DNA from: Chara braunii
Taxonomy: Eukaryota; Plantae; Charophyceae
Assembly: GCA_003427395.1 (NCBI GenBank)
Contig: BFEA01000027.1
Location: forward strand, 5,399,364-5,463,363
Reading direction: 5' to 3'
DNA: 64,000 nt
A program made the position numbers and the translations under genes. The notes beneath the pieces are model-generated. The model was given only the letters and a program-made list of their open reading frames with translations, was not told the origin of the DNA and searched no databases. Positions 46,001 through 56,925 of this stretch are shown here, in pieces; positions within the stretch are counted from its first letter, which is position 1, and each line of letters begins with the position of its first letter.

Positions 46001-48635
46001 AGCTCCNCTCCGCCTCACTTCTCCGCAGCCAGCCAGCAATCTCACAAGTGAGAGCCCAGCANTGCTGCCAAGAATGCTTGGCTGCTGGGGCTGGAGGCTG
46101 TTTTTATAGCCAGAGAAGTGGCTGAGGCAGCCACTTTGCCTCAGCCAAAACTCGGATCTGAGCTCAGCCCATGATCTGCATCGCGATCAAGGGCTGAAAC
46201 TTGATCTCTGGGTGGAGAAAACCACTCCCAGGCTCAGGTACCGCACCTAGTCTGTCATTCAAGACGGATTCGGCCTTAAATTGGCTGAATCCAACCATGT
46301 GCAGGAGCCTGTTCACTTCGAACAGGCATCTGCCTGTCCAATCCCACGGGGTGCGCACCTGTGCTGCACCCACAGCCAGGTGCACAACTTTTTCCCCCTT
46401 TCTTCTTCTTTTTTTTTTCTTTTTGAAAGGGGCAGCTCGTTTTTGAGCTGCCTCCTTTCACCAAGCCATTTCACAGTGTCGGACTAGAGTCAAGCTCAGA
46501 GGGGTCTCCCCCTCTTGCCCAACGCGCCCGTACCCGGACGCCCACGGTGCCAGGTGCAGGCGACGCTCTGCAGCCTGTTCAGTAAGTGAACGGGCACAGA
46601 GCCAAATGGGCTGCTCGACTTGCATGACTTACCTGTTGGCTGTTGCCATCGTGAACCAACGGCCGCCAGGTAAGGTCACTCTCCCTCTCTTTCTCTCCCT
46701 CTCTGCGCGCCCGCATCTGGGCGCCATCAGCTCTTGGTTCGGGCAATGGTGGACAGTTGCTGCCTGTTTCTAAATACGAACGGGTGCAGCTGTCCACTGC
46801 TACGACGTTAGCGGGGGGGGCTAAGGAAAAGAGGGAAAAAAAAAACAATCTGAAAAAAAATCTAAGGAGTCTAAAAAATAAATAAATAAATAAAAGGGAA
46901 AAAACAGACCTACCTGCAAACGGTCTCCCGTTCAGAACGGGCACCTTCAAGTGCACTGGGGACTTAAGTGGCCCAGTCACTTCCATTTACGCCATGTGGC
47001 GTTTTGATTCCCTCCCTTTTTTTTTTCTTTTTTTTTTTTGTGGCCTGTTCGTTGAAACGAACGGGCACCAGCTAGCAAGGAGGATTGGGTCATATGCCCG
47101 AATCTGGACGAAGTTATGGAGAAGTGCAGAAATCGAGATTGAACTGTTTTTCTGCATCTCTGCATAAAACCCATCTAGATTCGGAAACTCGATCCTATCC
47201 TTTTTGCTGGTGGGACCTCGGCCCTAAGTAGTAGAAAGCAACGAGAGGGAGGGATCTAAAGAGAAAAGAAATTTAGAAAAGATCTAAAACAAAATCTATA
47301 TATAAAAAAAAACAAAAGAAAAAACTCACCTTGGAAACAGAACGGGTGCCTGCAACACCCTTCGGAGACTATAAGTTCCCAGCCATTTCCCAGCGCTCCA
47401 CATAGCCCTTCATTTTTTCAACCCCCCTTTTTTTTTTCTTTCTTTCTCCGTTGGCCTAAGCCAACTGTCACGTCACTCCCTGTGGCTTTTCAGCCATGTC
47501 TCATATGATGCAAATCCGTTTTTTTTTTCTTTTTCTTATAGTATTACGGGGAACCCCTATAGCAGCCACATCCGTGCCCAAGCCTCCAACGAAGGAACAT
47601 GAGGGAGCTGCACCCACCAACAAGTGCGATACCTGCTACAGCAGGTGGGCGATACCAGCTAGGGGTCAGCCCGTAGCATCAGGACCGAGCCTATTGGCTG
47701 GGCCAGTCACTGTGTCTCCCCTTCGGTCCTCTCCCCCTATGAACATCAGCAGTCTCTGCTCAATGCCACTCTGGGGGACCAACGACATATCTTTAGGTGG
47801 CGGGCACCAAGCTTGCCCAGGAAGGTACATGAGACCAATGGGGATTGAACCCAAAACTTATTGAATGCTACTTGCGTGCCTTACCAACTGAGGTAGGCCG
47901 CTAGATCAGATCAAAGTTCAATCCCAGTTGGGATCCAAAAAAAAAGACTCGAACCAGTTCTCGATTTGTGCCTCTCATCCTTGCACAGGGGTCGTACTAG
48001 CTCCGCGCGGCTGATCTCAGCCACGAGATCTCATGATCGATCGGCCGAGTTCGGCCGCACTCGAATGCCTTATGAAAATGCCAGCTCCAAAAGGAGCAAC
48101 TCCTGTTTGTGAAGAGTTGTGCCCTGCAGTCCCCTCCAGCCTGTACCACAGCAGGCCCCACCTGTCTGCCTTGTCTGCCGCTCCCCTGTGGATGGCTGCC
48201 CATCCACGACTTAAGGGTCACCCAACGGGTACGCCGCGACATCGACCTGCCGGCCCCCTCTGGCTCGAAGTCAACCCCCACGTCCCAGAAAAAAATAAAA
48301 CTCACTTTTCCCCCTGCGCCGCGGACCTATTTTAGGTAGACTAGGTCTAGCTCTAGTCTTTCCACAACCACGCACCCCTGCGGCCTTGTCGAGAACCGCG
48401 GACGACCGGTCGTACTGCCGACTCCAGCTGCTCCGAACAAACGTCGATGACGTCACATGTCAACGACGTCCTATGCCAACGACGTCAGGCTTTAGGTCCC
48501 TCAATTATAGGTTTGGTCTGAATAAACTTTGGCAACGTCAATCTCATCATGTCTCCGAATCCAACGAAAAGTCGGACAGCGTCTGACCTTGAAAAACTCG
48601 GGCAGAAACCCTTACAGGGGGTTTCTGTCCCGACA
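43075..48635 (-). repeat. 3' LTR (5561 bp)
   Basis: tgtcgagcgc...gtcccgaca; direct repeat of 56928-62391; adjacent to the PPT. Confidence 0.95.
47519..47901 (-). mobile_element. tRNA-derived SINE nested in the 3' LTR
   Basis: Minus-strand head GCGGCC-TACCTCAGTTGG (A box)...GGGTTCAATCCCC (B box) at tRNA-like spacing, with an A-rich tail; homolog at 501-860. Confidence 0.7.
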
Positions 48636-48650
48636 GCCTTCCCCGTCCCC
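48636..48650 (-). other. Polypurine tract
   Basis: GGGGACGGGGAAGGC immediately precedes the TG of the 3' LTR on the minus strand. Confidence 0.85.
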
Positions 48651-50468
48651 ATTAAGCGACGTCCGCGTCGCTTATCATAAGCAATACAAGGGGAAGTCTT
48701 TATAAGATCTCACCAATTATATAATATAATCGCATTATATATGAAATTAATCCAGATCTCACATACTCACTCATGAAAAGTGACGTTTCCGTCGTTCATC
48801 TTTCTTTCCTTTTATAATCACCTGGATACTCTTCCATGAAATAGTCCATGCATATTTCATTACTCACAATACGTCAAACATTGACTTACTTTTAATCATA
48901 ACAGAGGCTTACTTTCAAGCCTTAAACAGATAGAGACTTTTTTTCAAGCCTTTAACATACAGAGGCTTACTTTCAAGCCTTTTGATTCTTTCGAACCTTC
49001 CTTCGAAGGCACTTTCATTNAGTCACGAGTTGGAATGGGGCCAGAATTAACCTCCGGCGGGTCTTTCCCTGGAACCTGGAATCCACCGTTGGCTTTATCC
49101 AACCTGAGGAGTTACAAAAACATTTTAGAAGAATGATCCCAGCGTCATCCCACTGGCGGCCACTCATTCTCTCTTCTTCTCTCTCATAGATGGGTGAGGC
49201 TTATCCCCCTGTTGGGACTCTCTTCAGGCTATAACCCCCTGTCTAGGTCTCTTCAGGCTTAACCCCCTGCGGGTCTTTCGTCACACAACACATACTGCCA
49301 GGAATTTAACATGGGTCTCTCGTGTCCATGGGGGTGCATTCCTAACACCTCTACATGTCTCTCGCTGTCAGGAGTTTAACCTGGGCGCCCCACGAAACAC
49401 AAGGGTACTCACACTATATTACAACATGTGTCGGTACCATCCCAGAGAGAAATCATGCTTCCAGAAGTCCTCGTCCAGTCCGGCTAATTCCCACTCCAAC
49501 TTAATCACCATGCATGATTTATCTCCTACATGTTTTGTGAATGCGTCGAGGAGTGGTGTAATCCATGGAGGATAATATCTCGACGTCAAGCCCTGCTTTA
49601 GACTCGAGCCTCACCACCTTCCCTCCGATTCCAGTGTCATACATCCGTTAGTACCCTACCTGCAAGGTTGAACTACCCCTCCCTTATGACCTAAGCTGAT
49701 CAGACCCGGCCATAAAGTCGAGGCGACCCCATCCACCACAAAAGAAAAGGTGATCAATCTTTCCCTCATGGCGAGTGGTAATCGCCACCCTCACAAGCCA
49801 GGTTCCAACAAACATATTACCACCTTCCTCCCTTTCGATGATAGTGTAGCCATCCCCCTCGAAAAGAGAAATGACAGCATCCCGCTATGGACCAGGAACA
49901 AAATTCCGGTGCAGGCCTCACTACCGTCTACGAGGCTCGCAACATTACGATTCCTCATTGCATGACAATTAACACAGAGTCAAGTCATAAGGTAAGATAA
50001 GTAATTGAATCACATGCCTGACGAATAAACGCATGTTAATCTAGTCAGGCGTATAACTTAAGTATAGATCATCCCCTTAGACTCGCACTGACGAATTCTT
50101 ACATTCATAATCACATACACGGAGTCTCATAAGAATTCCATGGTTTTTTTTTCCAGTCCTTCTCATATATGATGAACACTTCAACAATATAAGTATCCAT
50201 CAGCTATTTCACGATACACTTCTTGCAATGAACATCCAATCATGATAAGAATCTCACAAAATCCTTTGGTATCATAATCATCTTGCAACAAGAGTCACAA
50301 TCTCATTGATAACTTTTCAACCTCAATACTTCAATTAATACTTTACAACTTTCTTGGTTAGCCTAAGACAAAAGTCAGAACCAACTGAACCATAATACGA
50401 AAGCAAGAAGGTTACCAAAATTGATGCCACCAATTACCTCCTCTACCCTTCCTTTCTAAAAGTTTTCA

Positions 50469-53400
50469 CTAAACTCTTGAAATAAACTTCCGTAGATGTG
50501 CACCCGATACCCAATTTCTACTCCGAGATCCATTCAACTCCTCTATTTCATATTCCCCGTGTTCTGTTTTCCTAGTGATCCGATATGGTCCTCGCCACCG
50601 ACTGTCTAGTTTTCTGGACCACTATTTTTCTAGCGACATATCATACAACAAAACGATGTCTCCCACTTCCAACGACTCTTTTCGTACACGTGGCCTCTTG
50701 TCCCATCTTTCCTTATCAGCCTGCCTGCTTTCAGAAGTAGAGACAGTCGCGTCTTCAATCCATTCTTCAGTCACCATGATCTGTCTTGCCCTCAATTCCA
50801 ACAACTCTTTTGTTGAGAGTTTTGTTTCCACGTCCTGTTTCTGCCAAGTGGTCAAGAAACTCTCAATCGGAAAAGTCGCATGCCGTCCAAACCATAATGT
50901 GACGGGAGCATACCCGGTTGTTCACTTGATGGTAACATTCTCAACAAAAAAGGCTGCCCTCAAATAAATTGGTCATCTTGATGGTTCCCCCTTGCACCAT
51001 TTAGCCAACAAGTTAGACAAGGTGGTATGTCCTCGTTCCACGGGTGCATTGGCCTGGGGATGCGCTCTCGTCGTATAACTGAAACTCACCCCAAGTCTCT
51101 TTAAAAGCGTTTGCACCTCCTTTGCTCGAAACTCGCATCCTCGATCCATAACAATCTCTTGAACAAATGGATAACGGAGGTAATATTCCTCAATGCACTC
51201 TGCCAAGACTGATCCAGTACGTTCGCGAATGGCACGACCATCCACGAACCCAGTCAAATTGTCCCGTGCATCAAAGATGTATCTGTATCCATTTATCCTA
51301 GGTGGCATTACCAAAATATCCAAATGCCCCACCACACCTGGTTCTGCCACATAACGTGGATTCAGGGGCTCGAGATAGCGGATGTTAGACCTCTGCTGGC
51401 AAGGGAAACAAGATTTACAAAAGTCAATCACCATCTTGCTCATCCCTTCCCAAACATAAAGACGTTGGATCTTGTTCAAAGTTACCCGCGCAGATCTGTG
51501 TCCGCCGGCTATCCCATCATGCAGGGCAACAATCACATCCAACTGCCGAGAGATCCCGCATACCACCCTCTTTGGGACACCATCAAGAACCTTCTTAAAG
51601 AGATGACCGTCACGAACAACGAATCCTTTGCTTTTCTCTCGCACAACTGGATCAACCTCACTTTCGTCCAATTCCCCATTCAACCACATGCCTATTTTCT
51701 TACATTCCCCTTCGTATTCTTTTTCCTTAAACGCTTCTTTGACCTCACCGCCTCCTTCCTCCGCATTCATTAACCTCAGGCGATCCTCGTGAACCAACAA
51801 ATTCATGATATATGACATCCTTCCAACGATCTGGAAAGCGTCATCAGCCCGCGTATGGCCCTGTTCAATCGTTAGCGGATCAAGCATAAGGTCGATGTCA
51901 CCAGTCAAAGCCAGCCTCATCATTTCCTCTGCGGTCTGCTCGCCCCATGGATCCTCTTCGATGAAAGGTTCCTCCACCACGAGTTCTGGACGTACCTCGT
52001 GAAAGGCAGGAGCATTCCATATCGATTTCCCATGCCGAGTGGCTGCATCAGTCAGGTAGGCAAGAGTGTTAATACTCAATCGCGCCTCCTCTTCCTTCAG
52101 AAAGGCATCGGCCGGAACTGATTCTTCCACCTGATCCGCCTCTGGGTCCCATTCAACCCGACTCAACCCATCAACACGATTCTGACTCCCCGAAATCCGC
52201 TCGATTTCAAAGTCAAACATCCAAATATAAGTCAACTATCGTGCAATGGTGGGATCAGCAGGTGAATAATTCCTTAAGGATTGAGCCAATGCAGTCGGAT
52301 CCACCCGCAGAATGAAGCGTCTACCGAACACATAATTCCGAAAGATGCGGAAGCAGTGAAGCACGACCAAAGTTTCTTTTTTGAACTGGGAATAGTTCCT
52401 CTCAGCAACATTCAGAGTCCTGCTCTCAAATATGAGAGGCCTTTCCTGCCCCTCATCATCCTTCTGAATCAAGACCCCTCCTAGGGCTGTGGGCCCCGCA
52501 TCAGTCTCAATAACAAAATGACACTTTTCATCATCGTCAAAAAAAAGGAACTCCAAGGATCAATCCGCCCTCACGGAACTCAGTCTTTATGTCTTCCACG
52601 GCCGCTTGCTGCTTCGGACCCCATCCCCACTTCTGGCCTTTGCGCACAAGCTTTCGCAAGTGCTCCACTCTGGCGGCAAACCTGCGGATGAAGATGCGCC
52701 AAAATCCACAGGTTCCGAGGAAACTTCGCACATCCGTGATTGACTTGAAAGGGGTCGGCNNNNNNNNNNNNNNNNNNNNNNNNNNNNNNNNNNNNNNNNN
52801 NNNNNNNNNNNNNNNNNNNNNNNNNNNNNNNNNNNNNNNNNNNNNNNNNNNNNNNNNNNNNNNNNNNNNNNNNNNNNNNNNNNNNNNNNNNNNNNNNNNN
52901 NNNNNNNNNNNNNNNNNNNNNNNNNNNNNNNNNNNNNNNNNNNNNNNNNNNNNNNNNNNNNNNNNNNNNNNNNNNNNNNNNNNNNNNNNNNNNNNNNNNN
53001 NNNNNNNNNNNNNNNNNNNNNNNNNNNNNNNNNNNNNNNNNNNNNNNNNNNNNNNNNNNNNNNNNNNNNNNNNNNNNNNNNNNNNNNNNNNNNNNNNNNN
53101 NNNNNNNNNNNNNNNNNNNNNNNNNNNNNNNNNNNNNNNNNNNNNNNNNNNNNNNNNNNNNNNNNNNNNNNNNNNNNNNNNNNNNNNNNNNNNNNNNNNN
53201 NNNNNNNNNNNNNNNNNNNNNNNNNNNNNNNNNNNNNNNNNNNNNNNNNNNNNNNNNNNNNNNNNNNNNNNNNNNNNNNNNNNNNNNNNNNNNNNNNNNN
53301 NNNNNNNNNNNNNNNNNNNNNNNNNNNNNNNNNNNNNNNNNNNNNNNNNNNNNNNNNNNNNNNNNNNNNNNNNNNNNNNNNNNNNNNNNNNNNNNNNNNN

Positions 53401-53974
53401 NNNNNNNNNNNNNNNNNNNNNNNNNNNNNNNNNNNNNNNNNNNNNNNNNNNNNNNNNNNNNNNNNNNNNNNNNNNNNNNNNNNNNNNNNNNNNNNNNNNN
53501 NNNNNNNNNNNNNNNNNNNNNNNNNNNNNNNNNNNNNNNNNNNNNNNNNNNNNNNNNNNCGACCACTTTACGGTGATCCTCCGGATTCGGATAACGTGGC
53601 CCTCTTACATTCCATGGTTCGTGTGGTACAGTATGAACTCTGATCATCGGGATTTTATCGACATCCAGCCTTCCTCGCTCATCATCATCAAACGCATATG
53701 AGAGATGTTCCTCCTTCAATATATCGATGATATATTTTTTTTCCTGCTCAGTAAGGAGATCCTTCTCGCCAATGATCATACTTCCCACTTTTTTTTTGGT
53801 TAACCGACATGACCCCTTTTCACCTCTCTCTTTCATTTCTCTGATCCACTCGCGCTCCTCATGATAATAGACTTCCTCCTGTTGAGTGATCAGAACAGGT
53901 ACCGGCTTCGCCTTCAAGCCTACTTTCTTGTACTTACGTTTGGCGCCGGTGTCAAGCCTGCGTCCTCTAAAAAA
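50469..53974 (-). pseudogene. pol pseudogene: RT (largely in an N gap), RNase H, integrase
   Basis: RSFLGTCGFWRIFI; ETDAGPTALGGVLIQ...ESRTLNVAERNYSQFKKE; HDGIAGGH...CKSCFPC zinc finger; HLD...MDRG...VERGH D,D,E core; GPY motif. Stops and frameshifts at ~52545, 52236 and 50973. Confidence 0.93.
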
Positions 53975-56723
53975 GGACCCCGTCGGGTGGAGGGCAATTC
54001 CTGATCTTCTCCCTTATTCCCCTCCGATGGGGAGTAAACGAGGCGCATAGTTCCTACGCTTCCAGTGTCCGTGATGACTTCCATCAAGGCTTGCACCACA
54101 TTTGGATCAATCGCCGCATGTGTCGACACAAAATCGATTGCCTTCCCAATATCAGGCAGGGTCAGCGAGAACTCACGAGCATTCGGCTCCTCCCCTAACG
54201 ATTCCTTCTCCCGTCTCAACTTTTCTAACTCCGGGAAGCTATAGGATTCCGGGTTCAGACGGTTCCGCGAGCAATAGGGTCCNGTGTTCGCACACTNGAC
54301 CACTTCGTAATNACCGCAGACAGGATCACAAAGGATTACAAACATGNTNNCATCATGCTTGTTAATGATGATGCTCTCCGATCGACATAGGAATGCCCTT
54401 CCCAGAAGCACCTCGTGTTCCACTCTAGGTAACACGTAGAAATACGAACGGACCTTAACCTTTCCGATCGTGACGAGAACGCCACTGGCTGTTCCGCAAA
54501 ATGGAGTTGATCCACTAGCTCCCACCAAAAACCCATAGTCATCTCGATTGATCTTCAACCCAGCTTTCATGGCATGACGCTCACGAATGATGTTTATCTC
54601 GGCTCCATCATCCACAAGTGACGAGTACTCCTCCTGTCCAATCTGGACCTTCATATGGCCGGTCGACACAATTCGCCAATCCATCTTTGTCCCAGGCGGG
54701 GACCAGTTAGCCTCCAGCGGAATGACTTCGCCGAGCTTAACAGTCATGACTCTCTTACGAGTCATCCGCTGTTTAAACTTTTCTCGAATCTTCGGTGATA
54801 CCGCCAAAATTTCCTTCAGCGTGACCAAGTCGCGCTGACTTTCCAGAATCTTATCGACGAGTCGCTCGATATCGACCCCGTGCTCCATGGGGATCGAGTA
54901 AATATTTTTCTTCTTTCGTTTGCTTCGGCCTTCTCTTTCTCCGGCTCCCTTTCCAGTGCACGACGACGAGCCCGTTCTTCCTCTTCGGCCCGCAACTTCT
55001 CATCCTCATTATCCTCATCGTTCTCACCAACGGGGATAGGTTCTTCTTCGACTTCCTTTTCAGACTCTCTTTCCTTCTGAAGCTGCTCGTTTCGTCACCG
55101 TATCCGAGTCTGCACGGCTACAGTCGGGGCACTCCTCTTTAGCACAGGCCTAAGTCGCATCGTGCTTACCATTGGCCCAGTTTGTGATGTTTCTCTCGGA
55201 GCAGACGTCCCTGCTTGGCCAGACGCATCTTCCCTTTTATCACCCCATTCGCCGAAGAGACAGACATTCGGCAATCCAGGCCAGACTTTCTCCATGTCCA
55301 CGCAAAGTCGGACGATAGAGTCCCAGCATCGGGCAAGCCGCCTCGTGATGGTTTGTGCTCGTTCCACCACTTGCTCCCTAAACCCTTCTGGTTCCGTCGA
55401 CGAGTCATCAATATGTAACGAAGCCATGACCTCCTCGACCTCGGCCAACTGCGCTTCTTCAGGAGAAGCAATCCGGAACGTCGCCGGCAGGGGACGACCC
55501 ATTCGGCGAAACGCCTCCTTCCTCATACCCCCTTCAATGTTGGGGTCGATTGAATTCCCTTCGTAATCAAAGACTTCACCGCGTATCGTGGGGAACACAA
55601 TTCCTTCCTTCTCATCTCTTGACAGGAGTTGGCAAACCCGCATAATATGACCATTTTCTGCGTAATAGTTACATGTGGCTTCCTGTTGCCACGCCCAACG
55701 ACTTCGCTGTTCGTTCCCACGGCCTCGACCGCGGCCTCTTCCACCCTGTGGTTGGAACTACCCTTGATCCTGCGAATTTTGTCCAGACGATCCACCGCCA
55801 GCACCGCCATTCCCTTCTTGATTATTTTGTCCGCCATTCTTCCCCTGCTTACGGGAGGTCCCGTGTCCACTTCGAATTTGATTCAAGACCTTCCTATCCG
55901 CCTTTGTCAACTTACGAGGCGGCTCCTTTTCCTCCTCGCTCTCACTATCACTTTCCTCTACCACCGGCTCTTTCCCCTTCCTCTTACTATTTTTCTCTTT
56001 GGCCAGCATGACTTGAAACTTCAGCCTTTCCTCTTTCATGCCTTCCATAATTTCTCTCATGCAGGTCAAAGTTTTATAGATCTCACCGTCCTTTACCTCT
56101 CCCATCTTCACCTTCTCCCGTTCCTCCTTTTCTTGCCTCAACAGCCGGTAGAGGATATCGTCGAATTTCCCCACCAGCACATTTTCTCGGACCTTAGTCC
56201 AGTCACACCTCCCTTGCATCCCTTCAACCAACTTCGACTGTTCGACGTCGTTGAAGTTATCAAGGAAGATGAGGCATCGATCTTTATCGGATAAATCCGG
56301 GATTAGGCGAGCCACACGCTCAAACTCCGATAAGAATTATTTGGTAGTACCAAACTTCTTACGATCCACCGCCCTCAAATCTCGCAGGTCGAGTAACCGA
56401 TCGCTGAGCTGGTACTTCTCCAGCAACCGCGCCTTAAAATCTGGCCAATTACGGGAGATTCGCACCAGCTCATCGATCTCATCTCGGTACTCCACCTGAC
56501 AGTACCTCTTAACCATGCGAAGCATCTTCTCATCCGTCCATTCGTTGCTATACCCGAGTTGCTCAAGCTTGTCTGCCCAAGAAGAGGCATGATTCTCATC
56601 GAACAATGGAACATCAATCTTGGGGTAGGGCTCTCGCTGCGACTGCCGGATGACTCGTGCCAATTCTTGAATGTCGTTCCTCGCATCGTCGACGTTGTCG
56701 CGACGTCCTGCTGCACCGTCCAT
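53920..56723 (-). pseudogene. gag-protease pseudogene (gag, degraded zinc knuckle, DUF4100-like segment, aspartic protease)
   Basis: One frame from ATG 56723 through in-frame stops at 56337, 55758 and 55095; knuckle CNYYAENGHIMRVC; frameshift near 54940; VTLKEILAVSPKIREKF; protease LVDDGAEINII...LLGRAFL. Confidence 0.9.
53968..53974 (-). promoter_or_regulatory. Candidate -1 ribosomal frameshift slippery site U-UUU-UUA between protease and RT
   Basis: CCT TTT TTA GAG in the gag-pro frame; a -1 slip reads RGRRLDTGAKRKYKKVGLKAKPVP into the RT frame; downstream stem CAGG/CCTG and ACCGGC/GCCGGT. Confidence 0.65.
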
Positions 56724-56906
56724 CTAGAAACATAAACCCAAGAAATCAGTCTAGGAGTTTTGGTGACATCTATTAACGTTCCTTCCTTACATTTATAGAG
56801 GCTCAGAGATTACTAACTTTTTTTCTTAGACAATCATTACGGCACAATCTTTCACTTGCTTCATTCCCGAGTGTTGTTCCACCAGGGACAACGGTAGTTT
56901 GCCGTT

Positions 56907-56925
56907 ATCCCCGGCAACGGCGCCA
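56907..56925 (-). other. Primer binding site complementary to the tRNA-Asp 3' end
   Basis: TGGCGCCGTTGCCGGGGAT, 2 nt after the 5' LTR. It matches the plant tRNA-Asp(GTC) 3' end ATCCCCGGCAACGGCGCCA, the PBS type known from Athila elements. Confidence 0.9.

Noticed and set aside
52580-53917. Long ORFs running through N gaps (also 9642-10022 and 36248-36697)
   Set aside because: Their length comes from Ns and microsatellites; only the flanking RT parts of the minus-strand ORF are meaningful.
55629-56294. 221-aa plus-strand ORF
   Set aside because: Antisense shadow of gag.
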